Source: Candidatus Limnocylindrales bacterium (GTDB taxonomy: Bacteria > Chloroflexota > Limnocylindria > Limnocylindrales > CSP1-4). Taken from it: 49,153 bases of DNA. The stretch is taken from NCBI GenBank assembly GCA_052038965.1, contig JBQGDI010000111.1, positions 1-49,153 on the forward strand. Direction: 5' to 3'. Below are positions 1 through 8,265 of this stretch, one piece after another; position 1 is the first letter of the stretch, and each line of letters starts with the position of its first letter. Under the pieces are notes generated by a model. That model was not told the DNA's origin, made no database searches, and worked only from the letters and a program-made list of their open reading frames with translations. The position numbers were made by a program, and so were the translations under genes.

Positions 1-1
1 C

Positions 2-1084
2 CGCCAGCCGATCGGGATCGCCGGGATCATCACGCCCTGGAACTTCCCGATCGCCATCCCGTGCTGGAAGATGATGCCGGCCCTCGTGACCGGCAACACC
101 GTCGTCTTCAAACCGGCCAGCGACACGCCGCACTGCGCGACCCTCCTCGTCGAGCTGATGGCCGAGGCCGGCTTCCCGCCCGGCGTCGTCAACCTCGTGA
201 CGGGGCGGGGCGGGGAGGCCGGCGACGCGCTCGTCGAATCCCCGGACGTGCCGGTCATCTCGTTCACCGGCCACTCCGCGACCGGCAAGTCGATTGCGGA
301 GCGGGCCGCTCGCCGCCTCAAGCGAGTCTCGCTCGAGCTCGGCGGCAAGAACGCCGTCGTCGTCCTGGCCGACGCGGACCTCGACCTCGCGACCGAGGGC
401 ATCCTCTGGTCGGCCTTCGGCACGACCGGCCAGCGCTGCACGGCCTGCTCGCGGGTGATCGTCGAGGAGGCAGTCGTCGAGCCGCTGCTCGAGCGGCTCG
501 AAGCGAGCGCCCGGAAGCTCCGGCTGGGGTCAGGGCTCGACGACGCGGTCGACGTCGGGCCGCTCATCAACCCCGCGGCCGTCGAGAAGGTCGCCTCCTA
601 CGTCGAGATCGGGCGGGTCGAGGGCGAGCTCGTGCTCGGCGGCGCCCCCGCGACCGATGGCGATCTCGCGCACGGCAACTTCTTCGAGCCGACGATCTTC
701 GAGAACGTCATGCCGATGGACCGGATCGGCCAGGAGGAGATCTTCGGGCCGGTCCTGTCGGTCATCCCGGTCGCGGACTTCGAGGCCGCGCTCACGGCCG
801 CCAACCAGACCCGCTACGGCCTCTCGGCCTCGATCTTCACCCGTGACGTGAACCGCGCCTTCCGGGCGATTCGCGACTTCGAGACGGGCATCGTCTACGT
901 CAACGCCGGCACGACCGGCGCCGAGACCCACCTGCCGTTCGGCGGCTGGAAGGAGACCGGCAACGGTCACCGCGAGGCTGGCCACGCGGCCCTCGACTCG
1001 TACACCGAATGGAAGTCGATCTACGTCGACTTCTCGGGCCGGATCCAGCGGGCCCAGATCGACAACCAGGAATCGATCGGCTGA
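2..1084 (+). CDS. Aldehyde dehydrogenase family protein (5' end lies outside the window)
   Basis: The frame is open from base 2; RQPIGIAGIITPWNFPIAIPCWK precedes the listed ORF 71..1084. Family motifs ELGGKN, catalytic-Cys loop GQRCTACSR and PFGGWKETGNG are present. TGA stop at 1082-1084. Confidence 0.9.
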   Translation, partial: RQPIGIAGIITPWNFPIAIPCWKMMPALVTGNTVVFKPASDTPHCATLLVELMAEAGFPPGVVNLVTGRGGEAGDALVESPDVPVISFTGHSATGKSIAERAARRLKRVSLELGGKNAVVVLADADLDLATEGILWSAFGTTGQRCTACSRVIVEEAVVEPLLERLEASARKLRLGSGLDDAVDVGPLINPAAVEKVASYVEIGRVEGELVLGGAPATDGDLAHGNFFEPTIFENVMPMDRIGQEEIFGPVLSVIPVADFEAALTAANQTRYGLSASIFTRDVNRAFRAIRDFETGIVYVNAGTTGAETHLPFGGWKETGNGHREAGHAALDSYTEWKSIYVDFSGRIQRAQIDNQESIG

Positions 1085-1121
1085 GCAGCGACCGACATCA
1101 CGTCGAGCGAGCAACGGGTCA

Positions 1122-2015
1122 GTGATCCTCGAGCCTGAGCCATCGTCCGCGGGGCTGGTCGAGCGCGACGGCGTTCGCCTCGCTTACCAGGTGTTTGGCG
1201 ACGCGCCGCGAGCGGTCCTGCTCCTGCCGACCTGGCCCATCGTCCACTCGGACTTCTGGCGCCTCCAGGTCCCCCACCTGGCCGAGCGCTACGCGGTCGT
1301 CGCCTTCGATGGCCGCGGCAACGGGGCATCCGACCGACCCACCGATCCCGAGTCCTACTCGCCGCAAGTCAGCGTCCAAGACGCGTTGGCGGTCATGGAT
1401 GCGACGGGCCTGGACCGGGTGCCGATCCTCAGCGTGTCACTGGGGGCCGAGTGCGCAGCCCTCATGGCCGCCGAGCACCCTGAGCGCGTCCAGGCAGCGA
1501 TCTTCATTGCCCCATACCTGGCCGTGGGACCGCAGACACTCGAACGGCAGGCGGCCGCTGCGAGGTTCGACGATCACCTCGCCAGCCACGACGGCTGGTT
1601 CAGATGGAACCGGCACTACTGGATGGCGAACTGGGAAGACTTCCTCCAGTTCTTCTTCTCGCAATGCTTCACCGAACCGGATTCGCAGCGCTTCATCGAC
1701 CACTTCGTTGCGATGGGTCGACAGACGACGCCGGACGTCATCGCGGCGACCGAAGCCGCTGCCCAACTCGAAGGCACCGAGCTCGTGGGCGTCCTCCGTG
1801 CGGTCCGTTGCCCGACCATGGTCATCCATGGACGTGACGACGCGATCGCTCCCGTCGGGTGGGGCATCATGGCGGCCGAGATCATGGGCGCCCGGCTGCA
1901 CGTGCTGGACGGTGCTGGGCACGAACCGGAGCTGCGGGAAGCGTCGGAGACAAATCGGCTCATCGACGACTTCCTCGCTCGTGAGTGGCCCGCGCGTGGC
2001 ATCGCCGGACGCTGA
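1122..2015 (+). CDS. Alpha/beta-fold hydrolase
   Basis: 297-aa ORF with a GTG start. It has a nucleophile-elbow-like SVSLGA and C-terminal HGRDDAIAP / GAGHEP segments typical of the Asp/His regions of alpha/beta hydrolases. Confidence 0.8.
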   Translation: MILEPEPSSAGLVERDGVRLAYQVFGDAPRAVLLLPTWPIVHSDFWRLQVPHLAERYAVVAFDGRGNGASDRPTDPESYSPQVSVQDALAVMDATGLDRVPILSVSLGAECAALMAAEHPERVQAAIFIAPYLAVGPQTLERQAAAARFDDHLASHDGWFRWNRHYWMANWEDFLQFFFSQCFTEPDSQRFIDHFVAMGRQTTPDVIAATEAAAQLEGTELVGVLRAVRCPTMVIHGRDDAIAPVGWGIMAAEIMGARLHVLDGAGHEPELREASETNRLIDDFLAREWPARGIAGR

Positions 2016-2051
2016 CCGAGGATCCTGGTCCAGTGTCGAGGAGGTGGATGG

Positions 2052-2465
2052 ATGTCGCCTGGGACTCCGATGACGGTCGAGGAAACCCGAGCCGTGATGG
2101 AGGCGTACCTCGCCGCCGCTGACGACGACACCAGCATGATGGCCGACGACGTCGTCTTCCGGATCATGGCCAGCGGCACCGAGTACCGATCGCCGCCGCA
2201 GATCGCCACGATGTTCGACTACTACTACCGCATCGCGTTTGACGCGACCAGCGTCGCGCGCGGCGTGATGATCGGCCAGGGTTGGGCGGTCTGGGAGGGC
2301 ACCTTCGTCGGGCGTCACATCGGGACGTTCGAGGGGATAGCCGCGACCGGGCGCGAGGTCCAGATCCCGCTGTGCGTCTGCTACGACTTCCGCGACGGGC
2401 GCCTCGTCGAGGGACGCGTATACATGGAGATCCCCGCCTTCCTGGCGCAGGTCGAACCCGGCTGA
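2052..2465 (+). CDS. SnoaL-like / NTF2-fold ester cyclase family protein
   Basis: 137-aa ORF with ATG preceded by GAGGAGGTGG. The size and pattern (EANKAxxxxY-like N-terminus, 'GREVQIPLCVCYDFRDGRLVEGRVYMD'-type C-terminus) are typical of SnoaL-like small cyclases. Confidence 0.6.
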   Translation: MSPGTPMTVEETRAVMEAYLAAADDDTSMMADDVVFRIMASGTEYRSPPQIATMFDYYYRIAFDATSVARGVMIGQGWAVWEGTFVGRHIGTFEGIAATGREVQIPLCVCYDFRDGRLVEGRVYMEIPAFLAQVEPG

Positions 2466-2530
2466 TCCCACCGGCGCGCACGACATTCGGGCCGAGTAGC
2501 CCGAGCTGCTCGACGAGCCACTCTTGCCGG

Positions 2531-2929
2531 CTACGGCCAGCCCATTGGCGCATTCGGCTTCCAGGGGCCCGCGATGATCGTCGCCTCGTGGTCGCCGAGC
2601 CAGGGCGGCATGGTGACGCAGATGAATTGGAGCGGATCGACCCCGGTGCAGCGGTACTGGAATGCGGTCCCGACGGGAATGTCGATGGAGACGCCAGGCG
2701 TCAACGCCGTGGTCTGCTCCCCTGAGCCGTCTCGCCGCCAGATCTGGCCTTCACCGGAGAGCACGTGCCAGAACTCGCTCACTGTCCCGTGGACGGTCGC
2801 TCGATTCACCTGCCCCGGCGGGACGGTGGAGTGGATCATGTCGCCGGTCTCGCCGCCCATCAGGTACCGGATCTCCGCTCCCGCGGGGGAACGAGCCTCC
2901 GGGGCTGAGGGAAACGGGCGGGTTTGCAT
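2531..2929 (-). CDS. Cupin domain protein
   Basis: The C-terminal 132 aa of ORF 2531..3214 start at an internal ATG (2929) preceded by GGAGG. The cupin-like core is 'HGTVSEFWHVLSGEGQIW...GVSIDIPVGTAFQY'. The upstream part of the ORF overlaps the divergent gene and looks non-coding. Confidence 0.65.
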   Translation of the reverse strand: MQTRPFPSAPEARSPAGAEIRYLMGGETGDMIHSTVPPGQVNRATVHGTVSEFWHVLSGEGQIWRRDGSGEQTTALTPGVSIDIPVGTAFQYRCTGVDPLQFICVTMPPWLGDHEATIIAGPWKPNAPMGWP

Positions 2930-3018
2930 GAAGAACCTCCGTGTTGGGCCCAGGCATCGTACCGACGCGGATGCCCCGACGGATGGGCGAGAGGTTCCCA
3001 ACGTCAGACTCCCGGGCG

Positions 3019-3024
3019 TACAGT
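3019..3024 (+). promoter_or_regulatory. Candidate -10 box (TACAGT) 7 nt upstream of GTG 3032 (leaderless-type arrangement)
   Basis: This TANNNT hexamer is one of the few AT-containing patches in the intergenic region, and its spacing to the start codon fits a transcription start at the start codon. Confidence 0.35.
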
Positions 3025-3031
3025 GGACAGC

Positions 3032-4129
3032 GTGACCGAGCTGGCCGTCCCCGCCGCTCCAGCGTCCGCGCCATCCGGCCCGACCGAGGGCCCGCTCACG
3101 TTCGAGGAGCTCCAGCTCGCGGGTCGCAACCGGGGCATGCCGCTGGAGGCCCTGCGACATGACCTCACGCCGACCGGGCTGCACTACCTGCTGATCCACT
3201 GGGACATCCCTCACGTGGACGCGGACGCCTGGCGCCTACGGATCAGCGGAGCGGTGCACCGACCGCTGGAGGTCTCGCTCACCGATCTCCGAGCCCGACC
3301 TCGCGAGACCCTCGCCGTGACCCTCGAATGCGCTGGCAACGGCCGAGCCCGGCTCCAGCCGCGACCGGTGAGCCAGCCGTGGTTGGTCGAGGCGATCGGG
3401 ACGGCGGAGTGGACCGGGACGCCACTCGCGCCGCTGCTCGAAGAAGCCGGACTGGCGGACGATGCCGTCGAGCTCGTGTTCACCGGCGCCGACCGCGGCA
3501 TCCAGGGCGAGATCGAACAGGACTACCAGCGCAGCCTGTCGGTCGCCGACGCCACGCGACCCGAGGTGCTGCTGGCCGACGAGATGAACGGCGCGCCGCT
3601 CCAGCCGCAGCATGGCAGCCCCGTCCGCCTCCTGGTGCCCGGTTGGTACGGCATGACGAGCGTCAAGTGGCTGACCTCCATCGAGGCCGTCCGCGAGCCG
3701 TTCGGGGGCTATCAGCAGGCCACGTCCTACCGGTTCCAGGCCGATGCCGAGGATCCCGGTCGGCCGGTCACGCGGATCCGCGTCCGGGCGCTGATGATCC
3801 CGCCGGGGATCCCGGACTTCTTCACCCGGCGGCGGTTCGTGGAGCGTGGGCCGGTCCGGCTCGCGGGCCGCGCCTGGTCGGGCCGCGGCGCCGTGACGGC
3901 GGTCGAGGTCGCGGTCGACGACCGCTGGTCGCCCGCGGAGCTCGGCGCCCAGGTTGGCCCCTTCGCCTGGCGGTCGTGGTCGTTCGATTGGCCGGCCGAA
4001 CCGGGCGAGCATGTCCTGGCCTGTCGGGCAACCGACTCGACGGGCGAGGTCCAGCCGCTCGACCCGCCCTGGAACTACCAGGGCATGGAGAACAACCTCG
4101 TCCAGCGGGTCGACGTCACCGTCCGGTGA
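3032..4129 (+). CDS. Sulfite-oxidase-family molybdopterin oxidoreductase
   Basis: It carries the Mo-ligand Cys motif 'TLECAGNGR', 'MNGAPLQPQHGSPVRLLVPGWYGMTSVKWL', and a C-terminal dimerisation-like domain. GTG 3032 was chosen because the ATG at 2924 would overlap the divergent cupin start. The exact start is uncertain. Confidence 0.8.
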   Translation: MTELAVPAAPASAPSGPTEGPLTFEELQLAGRNRGMPLEALRHDLTPTGLHYLLIHWDIPHVDADAWRLRISGAVHRPLEVSLTDLRARPRETLAVTLECAGNGRARLQPRPVSQPWLVEAIGTAEWTGTPLAPLLEEAGLADDAVELVFTGADRGIQGEIEQDYQRSLSVADATRPEVLLADEMNGAPLQPQHGSPVRLLVPGWYGMTSVKWLTSIEAVREPFGGYQQATSYRFQADAEDPGRPVTRIRVRALMIPPGIPDFFTRRRFVERGPVRLAGRAWSGRGAVTAVEVAVDDRWSPAELGAQVGPFAWRSWSFDWPAEPGEHVLACRATDSTGEVQPLDPPWNYQGMENNLVQRVDVTVR

Positions 4130-4650
4130 CGACCGGCGACGTCCCGACCCTCCACGGCGAGCGGGTCGTCCTGCGGCCGCTCGTGCCATCCGACCGGGCC
4201 CGCCTGGTCGAGATCCTCTCGGATCCGACCGTGCAGGCCGTCTGGGACACCCGCGGTCCCGAGGCCAGTGCGGATGAGCTGCTGGCCGGCGACGGCGAGG
4301 TCGTGCCGTTCGCGATCGACCTGCACGGCGGGATGATCGGCAGCATCCAGTACAGCGAGGAGACTGATCCCGACTACCGCCACGCGGGCATCGACGTCTT
4401 CCTGGAGTCAGGCCACCAGGACCGCGGCCTGGGCACGGACGCCGTCCGGGCGCTCGCCCGGTACCTGCTCGAAGGGCGCGGCCACCACCGCCTGACGATC
4501 GACCCGGCCGCGTCCAACGCCCGCGCGATTCGCGCCTACGAGAAGGTCGGCTTCCGGGTCGTGGGCGTGATGCGGCAGTACGAGCGCGGTCGCGAGGGAA
4601 CGTTCCACGACGGGCTGCTGATGGACCTGCTGGCGGGGGAGCTGCGGTAG
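4126..4650 (+). CDS. GNAT family N-acetyltransferase
   Basis: The GTG start overlaps the upstream TGA (GTGA at 4126-4129). 'LRPLVPSDRARLVEIL', 'QDRGLGTDAVRALARYL' (acetyl-CoA loop) and 'ASNARAIRAYEKVGF' are typical GNAT motifs. Confidence 0.8.
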   Translation: MTTGDVPTLHGERVVLRPLVPSDRARLVEILSDPTVQAVWDTRGPEASADELLAGDGEVVPFAIDLHGGMIGSIQYSEETDPDYRHAGIDVFLESGHQDRGLGTDAVRALARYLLEGRGHHRLTIDPAASNARAIRAYEKVGFRVVGVMRQYERGREGTFHDGLLMDLLAGELR

Positions 4651-4659
4651 GGCCCCTGC

Positions 4660-4667
4660 GCTAGCCT
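4660..4667 (+). promoter_or_regulatory. Candidate extended -10 box (GcTAGCCT) 7 nt upstream of ATG 4675
   Basis: GNTANNNT pattern with no Shine-Dalgarno between it and the ATG. The same geometry recurs at several other genes in the window. Confidence 0.4.
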
Positions 4668-4674
4668 TCCGGCC

Positions 4675-5364
4675 ATGACGGAGCAGGGGACCGACCGGGT
4701 CGTGGTCATCACCGGCGCCACCGGCAAGCTCGGGCCCGTCGTGGCCCAGCGCTTTGCGGCCGACGGCGCGCGACTGGCCCTCCTGGCGCGCGACGAGGAG
4801 TCGTGCATCGGGGTCGCCATGGGCCTGCCTGGCGCATTGCGGCGTCACGCCGTCGTGCCGGTGGATCTCGACGACATTCGCTCGGCCGAGGCCGCGGTCG
4901 GCCGGGTGCACGAGAGGCTCGGCCGGGCGTCGGTCCTGCTGCACCTGGTCGGCGGCTACGCGGGCGGGACGCCACTCGACCAGGCACCCCTGGACGACTG
5001 GCGGCAGCTCTTCGACCTCAACGTGCTGACGACCGTCCACACGATCCGGGCGTTCCTGCCGGACATCCGGGCGGCGGAGCACGGCCGCATCGTGACCGTC
5101 TCGACCCCGCTTGCGACGGCGCCGGCGACGAACATCGCCGCCTATGCGGCGACCAAGGCGGCGGTCGAGAGCCTGACCATGTCGGTCGCGAGGGAGCTGG
5201 CCGGCACGACCGCCACGGCCAACGTCGTGCTCATCCGAACGATCAACGACGAGAAGCCGACCCACACCCGGCCGGCGGAGGTTGCCGAGGCGATGGCGTG
5301 GCTGTGCTCGCCGGCTGCCGGGGCGGTCAACGGCCAGCGGATCCCGCTCGTCGGACGCGCTTGA
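4675..5364 (+). CDS. Short-chain dehydrogenase/reductase (SDR) family oxidoreductase
   Basis: N-terminal Rossmann motif 'VVVITGATGKLG', SDR length, and a 'YAATKAA' catalytic Tyr-x3-Lys motif. Confidence 0.85.
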   Translation: MTEQGTDRVVVITGATGKLGPVVAQRFAADGARLALLARDEESCIGVAMGLPGALRRHAVVPVDLDDIRSAEAAVGRVHERLGRASVLLHLVGGYAGGTPLDQAPLDDWRQLFDLNVLTTVHTIRAFLPDIRAAEHGRIVTVSTPLATAPATNIAAYAATKAAVESLTMSVARELAGTTATANVVLIRTINDEKPTHTRPAEVAEAMAWLCSPAAGAVNGQRIPLVGRA

Positions 5365-5400
5365 CGGGAGCCTGCCGGGCGGCTGGTCCGATCGAGTTGC

Positions 5401-5408
5401 GGTAGACT
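5401..5408 (+). promoter_or_regulatory. Candidate extended -10 box (GGTAGACT) for tRNA-Lys
   Basis: GNTANNNT lies 9 nt upstream of the mature tRNA 5' end. The same 9-mer GGTAGACTC recurs at 5559-5567. Confidence 0.35.
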
Positions 5409-5417
5409 CCCCGCCCT

Positions 5418-5492
<75 letters not shown>

Positions 5493-5506
5493 CCCTCACG
5501 ATACGC

Positions 5507-5541
5507 ACGACCCCCACCGATCTGGTGGGGTCGTTCTGCTT
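5507..5541 (+). terminator. Hairpin plus T-rich tail downstream of tRNA-Lys
   Basis: ACGACCCC(C)ACC / GGTGGGGTCGT forms an 11-bp stem with a one-base bulge and a 5-nt loop, followed by TCTGCTT. Confidence 0.5.
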
Positions 5542-5558
5542 CGCGCCCGATCAGCCCG

Positions 5559-5566
5559 GGTAGACT
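5559..5566 (+). promoter_or_regulatory. Candidate extended -10 box (GGTAGACT) for the sulfotransferase-like gene row
   Basis: It repeats the tRNA promoter-like 9-mer and lies about 60 nt upstream of GTG 5628, which has its own GGAGG. Confidence 0.3.
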
Positions 5567-5627
5567 CTCGGGAGACCTGGCTCGACCCCCGGGGTGCGCC
5601 CGGGCGCGCGCCCACGCCGGAGGTGAG

Positions 5628-6890
5628 GTGGACGACGCCCTGCTCCTGCCCCAGGGCACGCGACTCCTGCACATCGGTCCCCAGAAGACCGGCACGACGT
5701 ACCTGCAGGCCGCGGTGCACGCGGCCCGCGAGGACCTGGAGCGCCAGGGCGTCCACTACGCGAGCCCCAACCGGCAGGCCAAGCGGGCAGCCCTGGCGGC
5801 CGTCGGCCGGACGGCGCCGCTCACCGGCGAGCGGGTCCCGAGATCGCACTGGACGAAGGTCGTCCGGGACATCGAACGTTCAACCGCGAAACGCGTCGTC
5901 CTGAGCGCGGAGGCCTTCGCCGACGCTGACCGGGGATCCATCGAGCGGATCGCCCGTGAGCTCGACCCGACGCGGATCCACATCGTCACCACGCTCAGGC
6001 CCCTGGCCCGCATCCTGCCGTCGCAGTGGCAGCAGTACGTCCAGGCTGGGATGCCGCTGTCCTACGACGCGTGGCTGCGCTCGATCTTCGACGCCGACCG
6101 ACACGCGACGCCGTCGTTCTGGCGGCGCCACCGACATCACGAGCTCATCGCCCGCTGGGCCGACGTTGTCGGGTGGGACCGGGTGACGGTCGTGATCGTC
6201 GACGACGCGGATTTCGGGGCCATCCTGCGGACGTTCGAGCGGCTGCTGGGGCTTCGGACCGGGACTCTCCAGCCCGTCGAGGCCCTGTCAAATCGGTCCC
6301 TGACGCGGGCGGAGATTGAACTGGTCCGGGCGATGCACCGGCTGCTCGCCGCGGCCGGGGCGAGCCGCCCGCTCCGGATGAGACTCGTCATCCAGGGCGC
6401 CGCGCCGAGCATGGAGGCCCGCCAGCCGGCGCCTGACGAGCCGCGGATCGAGACACCCGAGTGGGCGCGCGAGCGCCTCGTCGCGGTCACGACCGAGATC
6501 GTGGACGGGATCAGGGCGAACCGTGTTCGAGTCGTCGGCGACCTCGAGGCACTCCGCGGCGGATCCCGGCCCGTCCGAGGAGGCAACGACGCGGCCGCGC
6601 AGGCAGCCTGGCCCGCGGTTACGTCGACGGGCCTGATGGGAGTCCTGGCGCAGGCCGCGTTGACCCGTGGTCGCGCTGCACCCACGCAGGCTCGGGATCT
6701 GCGATGGGCCGATGACCCGGGCACGGTGACGGTCCGCGCCACCGCGCTCGACCTCGTCGCCTGGTCGACGCCGCGACTCATGAGCCTGCTCGTCGGCCGG
6801 ATCAAGGACTGGCTGCCGGCGCCCCTCCGGGGCCCGGCCCGGGGCGTCCGGTGGCCCCTGCGGCGCGGTCGCCGGCGACGACGGCGATGA
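5628..6890 (+). CDS. Sulfotransferase-like protein, paralog 1 of 3
   Basis: GTG 5628 is preceded by GGAGG (5619-5623); the longer listed ORF (5463) would run through the tRNA. 'LLHIGPQKTGTTYLQ' resembles the 5'-PSB loop (PKxGTT). 'LRPLARILPSQWQQYVQ' has the Arg-x7-Ser spacing of the 3'-PB motif. It is clearly paralogous to the next two genes. Confidence 0.65.
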   Translation: MDDALLLPQGTRLLHIGPQKTGTTYLQAAVHAAREDLERQGVHYASPNRQAKRAALAAVGRTAPLTGERVPRSHWTKVVRDIERSTAKRVVLSAEAFADADRGSIERIARELDPTRIHIVTTLRPLARILPSQWQQYVQAGMPLSYDAWLRSIFDADRHATPSFWRRHRHHELIARWADVVGWDRVTVVIVDDADFGAILRTFERLLGLRTGTLQPVEALSNRSLTRAEIELVRAMHRLLAAAGASRPLRMRLVIQGAAPSMEARQPAPDEPRIETPEWARERLVAVTTEIVDGIRANRVRVVGDLEALRGGSRPVRGGNDAAAQAAWPAVTSTGLMGVLAQAALTRGRAAPTQARDLRWADDPGTVTVRATALDLVAWSTPRLMSLLVGRIKDWLPAPLRGPARGVRWPLRRGRRRRRR

Positions 6891-6981
6891 TCGGCCCCGA
6901 CCCGGGTGCGGGAGCAGGCGGCAGGGAGCGGGGACAGGAGGCCAGGGTCGACGCCCTACACTCGATCGAAGCGGAGATGGA

Positions 6982-8250
6982 GTGACGGACATGGACCTCG
7001 AGCGGCCGACGTTGCCACCCGGTTCGCGGCTGCTGCACATCGGGCCGCACAAGACGGGTACGACGTCCCTCCAGGGCGCCTTCCACGTGAATCGCCGCGA
7101 GGTGGCAAAGCAGGGCGTCCACTACGCCGGCCCGAACCGGCAGCCGATGCAGGCCGCGCACGCGATCACCGGCAAGCCGTCACCGTACGCGGACGGCAAG
7201 GCCCCGCCCGCCAGCCGCTGGCGCAACCTCGTTCGCGAGGTGGAGGCGGCGAAGGAGCCCACGGTCGTCATCAGCAGCGAGGGCTTCGCCGACGCCGACG
7301 ACGAAGGCATCCGGAAGATCATCCGCGACCTGGGCACTGGCCGAACGCACGTCGTCCTCACGTTGCGGCCACTCGCGGCGATCCTGCCGTCGCAGTGGCA
7401 GCAGTACGTCCAGGGTGGCATGACGAGCGCCTACGACGCCTGGCTGGACGCGATGTTCAACAGGGCGGCCGGGACGATCACGCCGAGCTTCTGGCTTCGC
7501 CATCGGCATGACCGCCTGGTGGAGCGGTGGGCGGCGGCCGCGGGCCGCGACAACGTCACCGTGATCGTGGCCGACGAAGGCGACCGGCAGCGGGTGCTCC
7601 GGGTGTTCGAGTCGCTGGTCGGGCTGCGCGAGGGCACGCTCGTGCCCGAGCCGGACCTGACGAATCGATCGCTGACCCTGGCCGAGGTGGAGACCGTTCG
7701 GGCGTTCAACGTCGCGTTCCGGAAGGAGGGCCTCGGCACGCAGCTCCACACGAAAGTCATGCGCTTCGGGGCCGCGGAGCACCTGAAGCGGCGCGTCCCC
7801 GGGCCGGACGAGCCGCGCATCGAGACGCCGACCTGGGCCCTCGAGCGTGCGACCGAGGTCGGCCGTGAGATCGCCGCCGGGATCGGCGCCTCGGGCGTCC
7901 GGGTCATCGGCGACCTGGAGTCGCTCGCGGCCCCGGCGTCGGCCCCGGCGTCGGCCCGGGCGTCGGCAACCGAGCCGGAGACGCCCGACGATGTCTGGGC
8001 CGAGATCGGCGCGCGCGCCGCCGTCGGGATCCTGCTCGCCAGCGGGCTCGCCCGCGGCGCCGCCGCGAAGGCCAGCGGCGAGGTCGCCTGGCCGGACGGG
8101 CCGATCCCCGTGGGCTCGCCGCCGCCGCGCGCTCGCGTGGAACCCCTCGAGCTGGCGCGCGTCTCGACGCCGCTGCTGGGCCTCGTGCTCGTCCGGCGCC
8201 TGATCGGGGCGACGTTCGCTCGACTGCCGCTGCCGGTCCGGCGCTCCTGA
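6982..8250 (+). CDS. Sulfotransferase-like protein, paralog 2 of 3
   Basis: It contains 'LLHIGPHKTGTTSLQ', 'LRPLAAILPSQWQQYVQ', 'TPSFWLRHRHDRLVERW' and 'LTNRSLTLAEVETVRAF'. A 34-nt stretch (7381-7414) is identical to 6012-6045 in paralog 1. The start is either GTG 6982 or ATG 6991 (GGAG upstream). Confidence 0.65.
   Translation: MTDMDLERPTLPPGSRLLHIGPHKTGTTSLQGAFHVNRREVAKQGVHYAGPNRQPMQAAHAITGKPSPYADGKAPPASRWRNLVREVEAAKEPTVVISSEGFADADDEGIRKIIRDLGTGRTHVVLTLRPLAAILPSQWQQYVQGGMTSAYDAWLDAMFNRAAGTITPSFWLRHRHDRLVERWAAAAGRDNVTVIVADEGDRQRVLRVFESLVGLREGTLVPEPDLTNRSLTLAEVETVRAFNVAFRKEGLGTQLHTKVMRFGAAEHLKRRVPGPDEPRIETPTWALERATEVGREIAAGIGASGVRVIGDLESLAAPASAPASARASATEPETPDDVWAEIGARAAVGILLASGLARGAAAKASGEVAWPDGPIPVGSPPPRARVEPLELARVSTPLLGLVLVRRLIGATFARLPLPVRRS
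7929..7964 (+). repeat. 3 x 12-nt tandem repeat (GGCCCCGGCGTC, third copy imperfect) inside paralog 2
   Basis: Read directly from the sequence. It encodes the APASAPASARAS linker. Confidence 0.7.
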
Positions 8251-8265
8251 GCTCGGGCCACCCGC

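Noticed and set aside
2933-3002. Shared GAACCTC / GTTGGG elements on both sides of the cupin/Mo-enzyme divergent spacer that looked like a permuted inverted repeat.
   Set aside because: GAACCTCC is simply the complement of the cupin gene's GGAGGTTC Shine-Dalgarno region. The remaining 5-6-nt match is within chance expectation, and the arms are not nested as a hairpin requires.
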